A program made the position numbers and the translations under genes. The notes under the pieces are model-generated. The model saw only the letters and a list, made by a program, of their open reading frames with translations, made no database searches and was not told the origin of the DNA. From positions 169-64,168 of the forward strand of contig JAWBXT010000001.1 of the NCBI GenBank assembly GCA_038867695.1: 64,000 nt of DNA, in the 5' to 3' direction. Source of the stretch: Thermoproteota archaeon. Its GTDB lineage: Archaea; Thermoproteota; EX4484-205; JAAOZP01. Shown in pieces: positions 52,628-61,295 of the stretch; position 1 is the first letter of the stretch, and the number at the start of each line of letters is the position of its first letter.

Positions 52628-54064
52628 TTGAATATGGGGGCGTTCCAAGAGAAGTTTGAAAAGGCGGAGACTGCTTTCAATTTTGAAGAAGTTATCCTAC
52701 TACCTGGTTTTTCAGAAATCGAACCCAGGGAGATAGGCCTGAGAACAATGTTTTCGAAAAACATCCAGATAAACATCCCCCTTGTCTCTTCACCGATGGA
52801 TACTGTAACCGAGTCTGAAATGGCAATAGCGCTCGCGAGACACGGTGGAATCGGCGTCGTACATAGGAACTGCTCCGCAGAGGAGGAACTGGAGATGGTT
52901 AAAGCAGTGAAGAGGGCAGAGTCTTTCATAATCAGAGATGTGATAACGATAAACAAGGAGGCTACTGTAGGAGAAGCTGCTGAAATAATGAGGAGACACA
53001 AGATATCGGGGCTCCCCGTTGTTGAGGGCAATAGGCTGATCGGGATAATAACCGGAAGAGATGTGAGGTTTGCAAATCCCTCGATAAGGGTTGAGGAAGC
53101 TATGACTAGGGATGTAGTAGTAGCAAGCCCAAGCGTCACTCCCGAGGAGGCTGTGGAGCTAATGAAAATGCATAGGGTTGAGAAGCTGCCGGTTGTAGAT
53201 GATAACAAGAGGCTCGTTGGACTAATAACCTACAAGGATGTGGCGCTCAGAGGAGAGTATAAGGAGGCTACTAGAGACTCTGAGGGTAGACTGAGGGTTG
53301 CTGCAGCAGTATCCCCGTTCGACATCGACAGGGCCAAGATGCTGGCTAAGCATGCAGATGCTCTAGTAATAGATGTCGCACACTTCCATAATAGGAACGT
53401 TATAGAAGCAACGCGGAAGCTTGTGAAGGAAGTGGCCATAGACATTATAGTCGGGAGCCTGGGTACCAAGCAGGGAGTACTGGACTCGGTATCCAGAATA
53501 GAAAGTGTCGCCGGGCTTAGGGTGGGGATTGGAAGCGGCTCAGCATGTATAACGACGGAGATTACTAGAGCGGGAGCACCCACGCTCTTCGCAGTAGCCC
53601 AGGCTGCAGACGCCCTTGAAGAACTTGGTTTGAAAGTACCGGTGATTGCAGACGGAGGAGTTAGGAACCCAGGGGATGTTGCGCTAGCAATAGCCTTAGG
53701 AGCATCCTGCGCCATGTTGGGATATGTTTTAGCAGGCTGCAAGGAGAGCCCGAGCCCTATGACCATAATAAACGGCAAATACTTCAAGCTGCACAGGGGC
53801 ATGGGCAGCCAGTCGGCGAGGCAGAAGAGAATGGCGTTGGATAGATATGCAACGCTGGCGAAAGAAATACCCGAAGGCACTGAGATCTGGGTGCCCTATC
53901 GCGGAGACGTATCTTCAGTAATAAGCGAATTCGCAGCAGGAATAAGGGCAGCAATGGGCTACGCCGGAGTATCCAACATCGAAGAGTTGAGGAGAAAAGG
54001 GAGGGTAGCGAGAATCATTTCACGGATGGAAAAAAGCACTGTGGGCCAGAGCACTATGGTATAG
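52628..54064 (+). CDS. guaB: IMP dehydrogenase with a CBS pair
   Basis: SSPMDTVTE; IDVAH; GIGSGSACIT (catalytic Cys); IADGG; RGMGS. Confidence 0.88.
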   Translation: MNMGAFQEKFEKAETAFNFEEVILLPGFSEIEPREIGLRTMFSKNIQINIPLVSSPMDTVTESEMAIALARHGGIGVVHRNCSAEEELEMVKAVKRAESFIIRDVITINKEATVGEAAEIMRRHKISGLPVVEGNRLIGIITGRDVRFANPSIRVEEAMTRDVVVASPSVTPEEAVELMKMHRVEKLPVVDDNKRLVGLITYKDVALRGEYKEATRDSEGRLRVAAAVSPFDIDRAKMLAKHADALVIDVAHFHNRNVIEATRKLVKEVAIDIIVGSLGTKQGVLDSVSRIESVAGLRVGIGSGSACITTEITRAGAPTLFAVAQAADALEELGLKVPVIADGGVRNPGDVALAIALGASCAMLGYVLAGCKESPSPMTIINGKYFKLHRGMGSQSARQKRMALDRYATLAKEIPEGTEIWVPYRGDVSSVISEFAAGIRAAMGYAGVSNIEELRRKGRVARIISRMEKSTVGQSTMV

Positions 54065-54347
54065 AATCAAGCATGATATGCGGCATGAGCGCCAAGAAAT
54101 ACGGTGAAGCCTTCAACCTGTGCTTGGCGAAAAAGGGTGTGGAAACCAGAACCAGTAATGATGGTGAATGAGTCAGCCCGTGGTGTCCGAAAGGCGTGCC
54201 GAACGAAAGTGGGAAAGCATAGTCAATGTCGGGAGCTACGCCAAGCATGGTTGCAAGCACTCCGTCGCGAGGCCCGTTGCTCCTAAGCCTTGTTAGAGCA
54301 GCGTAGGTAACTAAGTATCCTGCGAGAGCGTGAACCGACCCTATCAT
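54054..54347 (-). pseudogene. Truncated YdjM-like membrane metal-dependent hydrolase
   Basis: H...PDID...HHGLTHS...H-x3-D motifs; ends at 97 aa; paralog of 59428..60240. Confidence 0.7.
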
Positions 54348-54616
54348 GACTAGCCACCATGTCCCGTTTACTGTTTCAGGCTTGCATAGTGAAGCTAATA
54401 ACTTTCCCTACTGCTCTTACGGGTCTTCCTAAACCTGTTTCCCATCCGCTCTCCCCCCGCCAACCCTGTTTAAGTAGGACCGTTATCTTTCTCTCGAATT
54501 CCCTGCATTTGGGGGAGCTCGCTTTCCACGAGAGGCCCTTTAATCCCCTGAACCCTTACAGATAACCCTAGGGGTATTTGTCTTCTTACATAGGTTTCTG
54601 ATTTAATTGTTTCGGT

Positions 54617-55612
54617 TTAGAGACAAAATATGGGGTCTGGTGCCTTTATGTCGCCGAAGAGTACGTGGGCTGCTTCTCTGCATCCGCCCTTGCATTTTTC
54701 AAGTTTGGGGCAGCCTTCACACATCTCAGGGGTATAGCGCAACTCTTTGAAGCCCCTCACGTATTCTGATGTTTCATAGAGTTCTTTAGGATCTGATTCA
54801 AGGCAGTTACCCAGAACCACTGGAGAATGATTACAAACCTTCAATCCTCCAGAGGGATCTATTGCGCAATGAAGATCCTTTCCTGCCATGCACCCTTCCT
54901 TTAGAAGAAACTTATACTCTCTCAATCCCTCAAGACATGGAGGTGTGGGTGTACCTACGAATGGCGCAATCCCGTATTCTTCACACGCCTCCTCAACTAT
55001 GTTCAGCATCTCCACTAACTCTTTCTCCTTTAGGCTTAGACTTTGCGCATTTCTTAATCCTCTGCCCCCAGGAAGAAACCTGTTAATCAACACAGAATTC
55101 ATATCCATTGAAGCAACTAGAGCTATCGTATCCCTAAGATCACGCAGATTTAGACGATTAACAACGATTACTGCTGACATGGATACACTATAATCCATAA
55201 GCGCTACTATCCCCTCCAAAGCTCTATTGAAGCTACCATTTACTCCCGTAAGCTTTTCATGCGTTTGCTGCAAGCCGTGAATAGAAATCTGCACGACCCT
55301 AAAGTTCTCTGCTATCTCCTTTGCCAGCTTCGCGCAAAGAAGTCCGTTTGTTAAAAGAGAATTCTTGAAACCCTGATCCTTCGAGTATCGCGCTATCTCA
55401 AATATATTTCGGTTTAGAAGAGGTTCTCCACCAGAGAAAGCAAGATTATCTACACCCCATTCTTTAAGCTTGTCGATTATAGTAAAAAAATCCTTTGGTG
55501 GGAGTACCTTCTTCCGAGGGTATCGTTGCGCCTTTGTAGCCCGCCACGGATTATAGCAGAACTTACAGCATAGGTTGCAGGAGTATGCAACCTCGAGTAC
55601 AGCGACCTTCAT
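54617..55612 (-). CDS. Radical SAM enzyme with a SPASM domain (PqqE/SkfB-like peptide maturase class)
   Basis: CNLCCKFC; SGGEP; CMAG...IDPSG-x3-C...CEGC-x5-CKGGC. Confidence 0.9.
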   Translation of the reverse strand: MKVAVLEVAYSCNLCCKFCYNPWRATKAQRYPRKKVLPPKDFFTIIDKLKEWGVDNLAFSGGEPLLNRNIFEIARYSKDQGFKNSLLTNGLLCAKLAKEIAENFRVVQISIHGLQQTHEKLTGVNGSFNRALEGIVALMDYSVSMSAVIVVNRLNLRDLRDTIALVASMDMNSVLINRFLPGGRGLRNAQSLSLKEKELVEMLNIVEEACEEYGIAPFVGTPTPPCLEGLREYKFLLKEGCMAGKDLHCAIDPSGGLKVCNHSPVVLGNCLESDPKELYETSEYVRGFKELRYTPEMCEGCPKLEKCKGGCREAAHVLFGDIKAPDPIFCL

Positions 55613-55614
55613 AC

Positions 55615-55908
55615 TTACTTCCGAAGGGGTTCGAGCTCCTTAAGATGGGTTTCAAAATGTTGAATAGCGGCTTCCCCTATTCTGGAATCAAGCTTCCCTT
55701 CTCTGACAAGAGTTTTTACCAGCTCTATTCTAGCTTTAAAGTATTTTTCCATTAATATTGGCTCCGGGTCAGGGTCAAATAGTGGAAGTGTTTTTCCAGC
55801 TTGCACAGGATCTATCCTATTGCTAACAATTATTTCCCACATAGGAGGCAGATAGCATATAGGAGGCCTAATCCTTATTCTGTCCCAAACGTTTATTTTG
55901 CTGATCAT
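55615..55908 (-). CDS. Small protein, candidate precursor/substrate of the adjacent SPASM enzyme
   Basis: 97 aa, 2 nt from the rSAM start; Pro/aromatic-rich N-half and helical C-half. Confidence 0.65.
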   Translation of the reverse strand: MISKINVWDRIRIRPPICYLPPMWEIIVSNRIDPVQAGKTLPLFDPDPEPILMEKYFKARIELVKTLVREGKLDSRIGEAAIQHFETHLKELEPLRK

Positions 55909-56552
55909 TTCAACTTTTAGGAAGAGAATCCTCTATTTATATCTTGTGGACTATTTTATTTTATATGGAAAGTAACATTTCTGATGTATACATCTGTAAA
56001 TTAAACAAATTACATTACTATTAAAAACACATCAAAATGTTGTTTTTTAAGCAATAAGGCATGTTTCAAATTCTTATCTACATATAGTAGAACATTATGT
56101 CGAAAAACGACATTATACAGTCTCATATTAATATTTTCTCATCTACCATGAATTATTTAAAGTTCTTTTTCAAATTCACTTCAACCCCTCTTTAAATCAG
56201 CTAATCCTTCCTCCCTTCAATCTTTTATAATCAAAAAGAAGATGGCGTACTACGTGCTAGAGTCTGCTTTTCCGGTTAATTTCAATTTCCAGATTTATAT
56301 GGACTCTATGAAGCGCCCTCGCACCCATCTATTTTAAGTAATGTGTCATAAGGCTTTTAAGCATTCGAAGCGGTTTAGCTAAAAGTGTTGTGGAGATAAG
56401 AAATCCATGCCTCTCTTCTCTAATTGCAGATGTTGATTACCATTTTTTTAGAGAATATTTTGGTGGAGGCTTTACGTCATCGAGTCGCTTAAAGAACGGT
56501 TCAGACCGGAATGTATGTTAAATGATATAGAGTATTATCTAAAGGATTAAAA

Positions 56553-56777
56553 TTAAAGGAGCTTTATGAACTCTTCGACTGTTAAGCCTGCTTGCCTTAT
56601 GATTGCTCTTAGTGTTCCCTTGGTTATTTCCCTATGTTTCGGCACGGTTATCCTTCGATGAGGCTTCTCTTTCTGCCTTAGAATTATGTGGCTTCCAGTC
56701 TGATGGTCAATTTAGTAACCGATTTTAGAAAGTGCTTTAACAACATCCATACCGGAGACTACTGGCAGCTTAGACAT
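56553..56777 (-). pseudogene. hicA: HicA toxin with an in-frame stop
   Basis: MSKLPVVSGMDVVKALSKIGY*IDHQTGSHIILRQ...ITVPKHREITKGTLRAIIRQAGLTVEEFIKLL; TAA at 56712-56714. Confidence 0.88.
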
Positions 56778-56880
56778 TAACTTCAACCAGCTCTTCTTCT
56801 ATGGATGGAGGAATCGGTTCATCATGCTTCTTCAAGCTAGCTAAGTAGCCAGCGATAGCATCCTTAATATTTGAGATCAG
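56770..56880 (-). pseudogene. hicB: HicB antitoxin C-terminal fragment
   Basis: ISNIKDAIAGYLASLKKHDEPIPPSIEEELVEVNV*; overlaps the hicA start; N-terminal half absent. Confidence 0.8.
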
Positions 56881-57202
56881 GGACAAAATTATGAAAAATC
56901 GCGATTATAGAGCTCTTAAACTCAATCAGGAAATACATATTTCCAGCTTTTTCAGAATTTTTAGTTTCCTAGCAAGTCACTTAGGTATCGATCCTCTCCC
57001 AAAAAGGTTAACTTATTTTAGTCAACTATTTTAACCAGTAATTCAAAAATGGTTGTCAGAAAATTGGCTTGAACTAACAGCATTTATATTTGCCATTATT
57101 TCTTTTCTCTTGAGTCTACTGAAACTTATTTAATATATTCCATATTTCTTCGTCTTTTCTCTTTAGCATATACTAGTGTTTCTATTCTCTTCTTATTCAC
57201 TT

Positions 57203-57370
57203 TTAATTCTCCTCCCGTCTCTTTACCCACCATGCTATTGTTCCCAAAATAGATATTATGAATATTGATTCAACCAGCTTCTCGGTAAGTGGTTCCTCTG
57301 GAAATGCGAGCCATTCAAATACGATGAAGACCATGGCCATGATTAATAATATCTTAGACCACTTAGCCAA
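57203..57370 (-). CDS. Putative 55-aa two-TM membrane microprotein
   Basis: TTG start after GGTGAG; MAKWSKILLIMAMVFIVFEWLAFPEEPLTEKLVESIFIISILGTIAWWVKRREEN. Confidence 0.5.
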   Translation of the reverse strand: MAKWSKILLIMAMVFIVFEWLAFPEEPLTEKLVESIFIISILGTIAWWVKRREEN

Positions 57371-57453
57371 TCCAGCTCACCCATGTCCAGTACGCTTAGT
57401 TTTGTTTTTAAGAGAAGCGTCAAAGCATATACCCACTCCTATAAACTTTATGA

Positions 57454-57705
57454 ATGAACAAGGAAAAAATTTCTCGATTAGAAGCAGAAAATAATCCAAG
57501 ATTCTTGCGTGAAACTGAGGATGCTTTAATCTCATTATACGCATCTCCAATTAGAATCCGTGTCCCAATACCTAAACCATCGATTGCTGAAGCCAAGAGT
57601 TTTATTGAACGTCATCCGAATTGAGTGGCTTTCATCAGCGGTATCCTCGCAACAGTTATCGCAGAAATAATTCTTTCCTCTATTCTTCGCATATTATCCT
57701 TCTAA
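57454..57705 (+). pseudogene. Fragment of a C-terminally anchored protein with an in-frame TGA
   Basis: ...FIERHPN*VAFISGILATVIAEIILSSILRILSF*; TGA at 57622-57624. Confidence 0.4.
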
Positions 57706-57950
57706 TAGGATCTTAGATAAAAAGAGGAACAAAACCTAACTTGGTAAATGTCTCCGGACTAAATCTGAGAACAGGAAAAAGAAGTAACTCTAAAGAGGAT
57801 GCTGCAAGAGGTGAAAAATGATTGGGACTATTGGTTAACATACCATAGGGATTAAAATAGCCTTTAACAAAGCCTTTTCCATCCTTCAAACGCCTTAAAC
57901 CTTAAATATCCCTCCATGAAGCTATTGGGACAGCAAGGAGGAAAAAAGAA

Positions 57951-59276
57951 ATGAGTTCGTCAAGCAAACCACACTTGAATCTCGTGGTCTGCGGACATGT
58001 GGATCACGGGAAGAGCACAACTACTGGTCACTTGCTTTACTTGACTGGCTACGTTGACGAGAGGAAGATGAGGGAGCTTGAAGCAGAGTCTGCCAAGACT
58101 GGTCTGGGCGATACTTTCAAGTTCGCGTGGGTCCTGGACAAGCTGAAGGAGGAGCGTGAGCGTGGTGTAACCATCGACGCAGCATACGTAAAGTTCGAAA
58201 CTAAGAAATATTACTACACTATTATTGATGCTCCTGGCCATCGTGACTTCGTAAAAAATATGATTACTGGTGCTAGCCAGGCTGATAGTGCTTTGCTGAT
58301 TATCTCTGCGAAGAAGGGTGAGTTTGAGGCTGGTACGAGTCCTGAGGGTCAGACTACTGAGCATGCTTTCCTGCTGTTTACCCTCGGCGTTAGGCAGATT
58401 GTTATCGGTGTTAACAAGATGGATGATCCTTCTGTTAACTGGAGCCAGGATAGGTTTAACGAGGTTAAGAAGAATGTTGAGGATTTGCTGAGGCGTATTG
58501 GTTTCAATCTTGAGAAGAACCCGATTCCGATTATTCCTATTAGCGGCTGGACTGGCGATAATCTTGTTAAGCCTAGTGATAAGATGCCTTGGTACAAGGG
58601 TCCTACTTTGATTGAGGCTCTTGACGCTTTTCAGCCTCCGCCTAGGCCTGTTGACAAGCCTTTGAGGATTCCGCTTCAGCAGGTTTTCACTATTCCTGGT
58701 GTTGGCACTGTTCCCGCTGGCAGGGTTGAGACCGGTGTGTTGAAGCCTAATACTAGGGTTGTTATCAGGCCTCTGGATAAGATTGTTGAGTTGAAGACTA
58801 TTGAGATGCATCACACGCAGCTTGAGAAGGCGGAGCCCGGTGACAATGTCGGTATGGCCATTAAGGGTGTTTCTAAACAGGAGTTGAGGAGGGGCATGGT
58901 TATGGGTTATCCTGATAACCCGCCGACTGTTGCTAAGTCTTTCGTAGGCAGGATTATTGTTATTAGGCATCCTACTGCTATCGCCGCCGGCTATACTCCT
59001 GTGCTCCACGTGCATACTGAGCAGGTTGCCTGCACTTTCGAGGAGCTTCAGAAGAAGATTGATCCTCGTACTGGCGCGGTTATTCAGGAGAAGCCTGATT
59101 TCCTGAAAACCGGTGACGCCGCTATCGTGAAGTTTAGGCCCTTAAGGCCTATTGCGATTGAAGTATATTCTGAGTTCCCCCAGTTGGGTAGGTTTGCAAT
59201 CAGAGACATGGGCATGACTATCGCCGCAGGCATCGTTACGGAGATTCCTGAGAAGGTTCCTTTCGAAGCTAAATAG
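57951..59276 (+). CDS. tuf: Translation elongation factor 1-alpha
   Basis: GHVDHGKS; EERERGVTI; DAPGHRDF; NKMD; GRFAIRDMG. Confidence 0.98.
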   Translation: MSSSSKPHLNLVVCGHVDHGKSTTTGHLLYLTGYVDERKMRELEAESAKTGLGDTFKFAWVLDKLKEERERGVTIDAAYVKFETKKYYYTIIDAPGHRDFVKNMITGASQADSALLIISAKKGEFEAGTSPEGQTTEHAFLLFTLGVRQIVIGVNKMDDPSVNWSQDRFNEVKKNVEDLLRRIGFNLEKNPIPIIPISGWTGDNLVKPSDKMPWYKGPTLIEALDAFQPPPRPVDKPLRIPLQQVFTIPGVGTVPAGRVETGVLKPNTRVVIRPLDKIVELKTIEMHHTQLEKAEPGDNVGMAIKGVSKQELRRGMVMGYPDNPPTVAKSFVGRIIVIRHPTAIAAGYTPVLHVHTEQVACTFEELQKKIDPRTGAVIQEKPDFLKTGDAAIVKFRPLRPIAIEVYSEFPQLGRFAIRDMGMTIAAGIVTEIPEKVPFEAK

Positions 59277-59427
59277 TTTCAGTTTTAAACGCTTTTTATT
59301 TTTACATCCTCCTTTTAGTGTCTATTATGCATTTTTCAACATTATCTCTTGCCTCCAACCTTGGATATTTTTGGTTTCAACGCAAATTATTTATGTCCTC
59401 GGGGGCGACCCTAAGGGCATCTGACCG

Positions 59428-60240
59428 ATGATTGGCCCAGTTCACGCTCTGGCAGGATACCTCGTCGCTTACATTTCCTTGAAAATGCTAAAGAATAGGG
59501 AGCCTCACGATGGGGTACTCGCAGCCATACTTGGGGCAGTACCTGACGTTGATTACATATCTCCACTACCATTCGGCACACCGTTTGGGCATCATGGAGT
59601 AACCCATTCGCCTTCACTGCTGGTGCTAGCTTCTGTACCATTTTTAGCCAAGTACAGGCGTAAAGCAGCCCCATATTTCCTGGCACTCACGTCTCATATC
59701 GTAGCGGATTTTGTTGATAATACTGTCCCACTATTGGCACCATTCTCATGGGAGGAGTTCGGCCTACGTTTTTCACTCTCTTCTTCGACCCTACCCCTGG
59801 CTCATTCCATACAGCTTTTCATTACCATGATTTCGGCATATGTTATGGTCAAGGGTAAGAAGCAACTCCCAATATCTTTGCCTGAGAGATATGATAAGCT
59901 GGCAACACCAGCCTTAATGTTGCTTGCACTAGTAGTCCCGTTTCTGCCATGGTTAATGCACAAAGACATCCAGTTTTTCATTAACTTATCTGTAGAACCA
60001 TATTTTGCAGTATCCATTGTATTAGTGATATCTTCCTTAACACTCGTATTCCTGATTCTAATGTTGAATAGTAAACTTCTAGTCCAGAGGCTTAAGCATT
60101 ATTGTTATTCATTAAATCGCTGCTTATATAAGCGTAATAATGTTCTTACTCATCCTTCCGTCATATATATCGCTAATGGTTTTCCAAATATTGCACAAGG
60201 CTCGTCTGCTGGCAAGTGGTCCGAAAATGCTTTTCAATAA
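59428..60240 (+). CDS. YdjM-like membrane metal-dependent hydrolase
   Basis: VH; PDVD; HHGVTHS; SHIVAD; multiple TM segments. Confidence 0.8.
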   Translation: MIGPVHALAGYLVAYISLKMLKNREPHDGVLAAILGAVPDVDYISPLPFGTPFGHHGVTHSPSLLVLASVPFLAKYRRKAAPYFLALTSHIVADFVDNTVPLLAPFSWEEFGLRFSLSSSTLPLAHSIQLFITMISAYVMVKGKKQLPISLPERYDKLATPALMLLALVVPFLPWLMHKDIQFFINLSVEPYFAVSIVLVISSLTLVFLILMLNSKLLVQRLKHYCYSLNRCLYKRNNVLTHPSVIYIANGFPNIAQGSSAGKWSENAFQ

Positions 60241-60493
60241 GCATGTAAAACCTTCTGGCCAAGGATATTCTGGTTCCTCGGTCATCCTTGCTTAAAGCAA
60301 GTTCATTTAGGAAATCGTTCAGAAGGATGTGAAGCTCCAAGTTTTCTCTCCTCCTCTTTTCTACATATTCTAGGAATGCTTTGAACAGTATCTTGGAGTA
60401 TTCATTCATTCTCCTGAGCCCCATTATTATCTGCAGCCTCAGCTCACTATATGACTTTGCAATAGCCTTCAAGTCACCATGATCTTCCGCCAT
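60173..60493 (-). CDS. Hypothetical protein
   Basis: 106-aa helical ORF; overlaps the tail of the convergent hydrolase. Confidence 0.55.
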   Translation of the reverse strand: MAEDHGDLKAIAKSYSELRLQIIMGLRRMNEYSKILFKAFLEYVEKRRRENLELHILLNDFLNELALSKDDRGTRISLARRFYMLIEKHFRTTCQQTSLVQYLENH

Positions 60494-60620
60494 CTCTCTT
60501 AATCCTATTCAATAATCTTTTAAGCCCCCAACTATATTCTCAAGCCAGGAGAATGAAAAAGGCCTTAAGTAGTTTCTAAAAACTGCCTCGTCGGAAAACC
60601 TAAGCTTAGTTGTTAAGCTT

Positions 60621-61226
60621 TCAGCCAAGATAGTTTTCTTCAACCGTTTCTGTCTTATCTATTATCAATAGGTCTATACCGTTGCCGCTAGCAGAGTCTC
60701 TTTCCAATGCTGTCCTTATCGCTTTCAACGCAAGGCTTTTCGCCTCGCTCATACTCATACCATCCTTATACTCTGCCTCTAATATTCCGAGAGCTATCTC
60801 AGTCCCGCTTCCTGCAGCAGCATACTTATCCTCTATTACGGAGCCCAACGCATCGAGCACGTATATTCCATGAGTGTCGAAGGTGAATCCACCTATGAGT
60901 GTCTGCGTTATAAGAGGGAATAGCCTGTTTGCGAAAAGAATGTTAGATAACAGTTTTGAAAGGGCCTTCGCAGTTATTTCTCTCGAAGTATTATACTTGA
61001 ACATTCTAGCATGATAGTTAAGCTCCCTCACTATCGTTTGAACATCCGATATTAACCCTGCGGAGGCTAGACCTATTCGCGGAGTTATTTGAAAAAGCTT
61101 CTTAACCGACTTCCCGATTACAAAGGTGCCGTATGCCGCCCTCCTATCAGCCCCGAGTATCACACCGGTGTCGTAAACTAATCCAACAACTGTTGCACCT
61201 GGAACTATCTCACCCATATCCTGCAA
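60621..61226 (-). CDS. psmB: Proteasome beta subunit
   Basis: G-ATVVG (non-canonical, lacks GTT); GADRRA; GSG; RDSASGNGID. Confidence 0.92.
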   Translation of the reverse strand: MQDMGEIVPGATVVGLVYDTGVILGADRRAAYGTFVIGKSVKKLFQITPRIGLASAGLISDVQTIVRELNYHARMFKYNTSREITAKALSKLLSNILFANRLFPLITQTLIGGFTFDTHGIYVLDALGSVIEDKYAAAGSGTEIALGILEAEYKDGMSMSEAKSLALKAIRTALERDSASGNGIDLLIIDKTETVEENYLG

Positions 61227-61295
61227 ATCACCTTTACTTCATCATAGTCAGGGTCAGAAATAAGCTTTTATCGAAGGATTGGGGCTTCAGCCTCG

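Noticed and set aside
54359..54600. 68-aa + ORF and an open - frame between the hydrolase and the rSAM gene
   Set aside because: No recognisable motifs or convincing start; at most an unassignable remnant
55910..57940. CRISPR array or IS element in the AT-rich gap
   Set aside because: No regularly spaced repeats, transposase fragments or terminal inverted repeats were found by eye
57960..59015. 351-aa antisense ORF inside tuf
   Set aside because: N/Q-rich shadow frame explained by the strong T-ending codon bias of the highly expressed EF-1alpha gene
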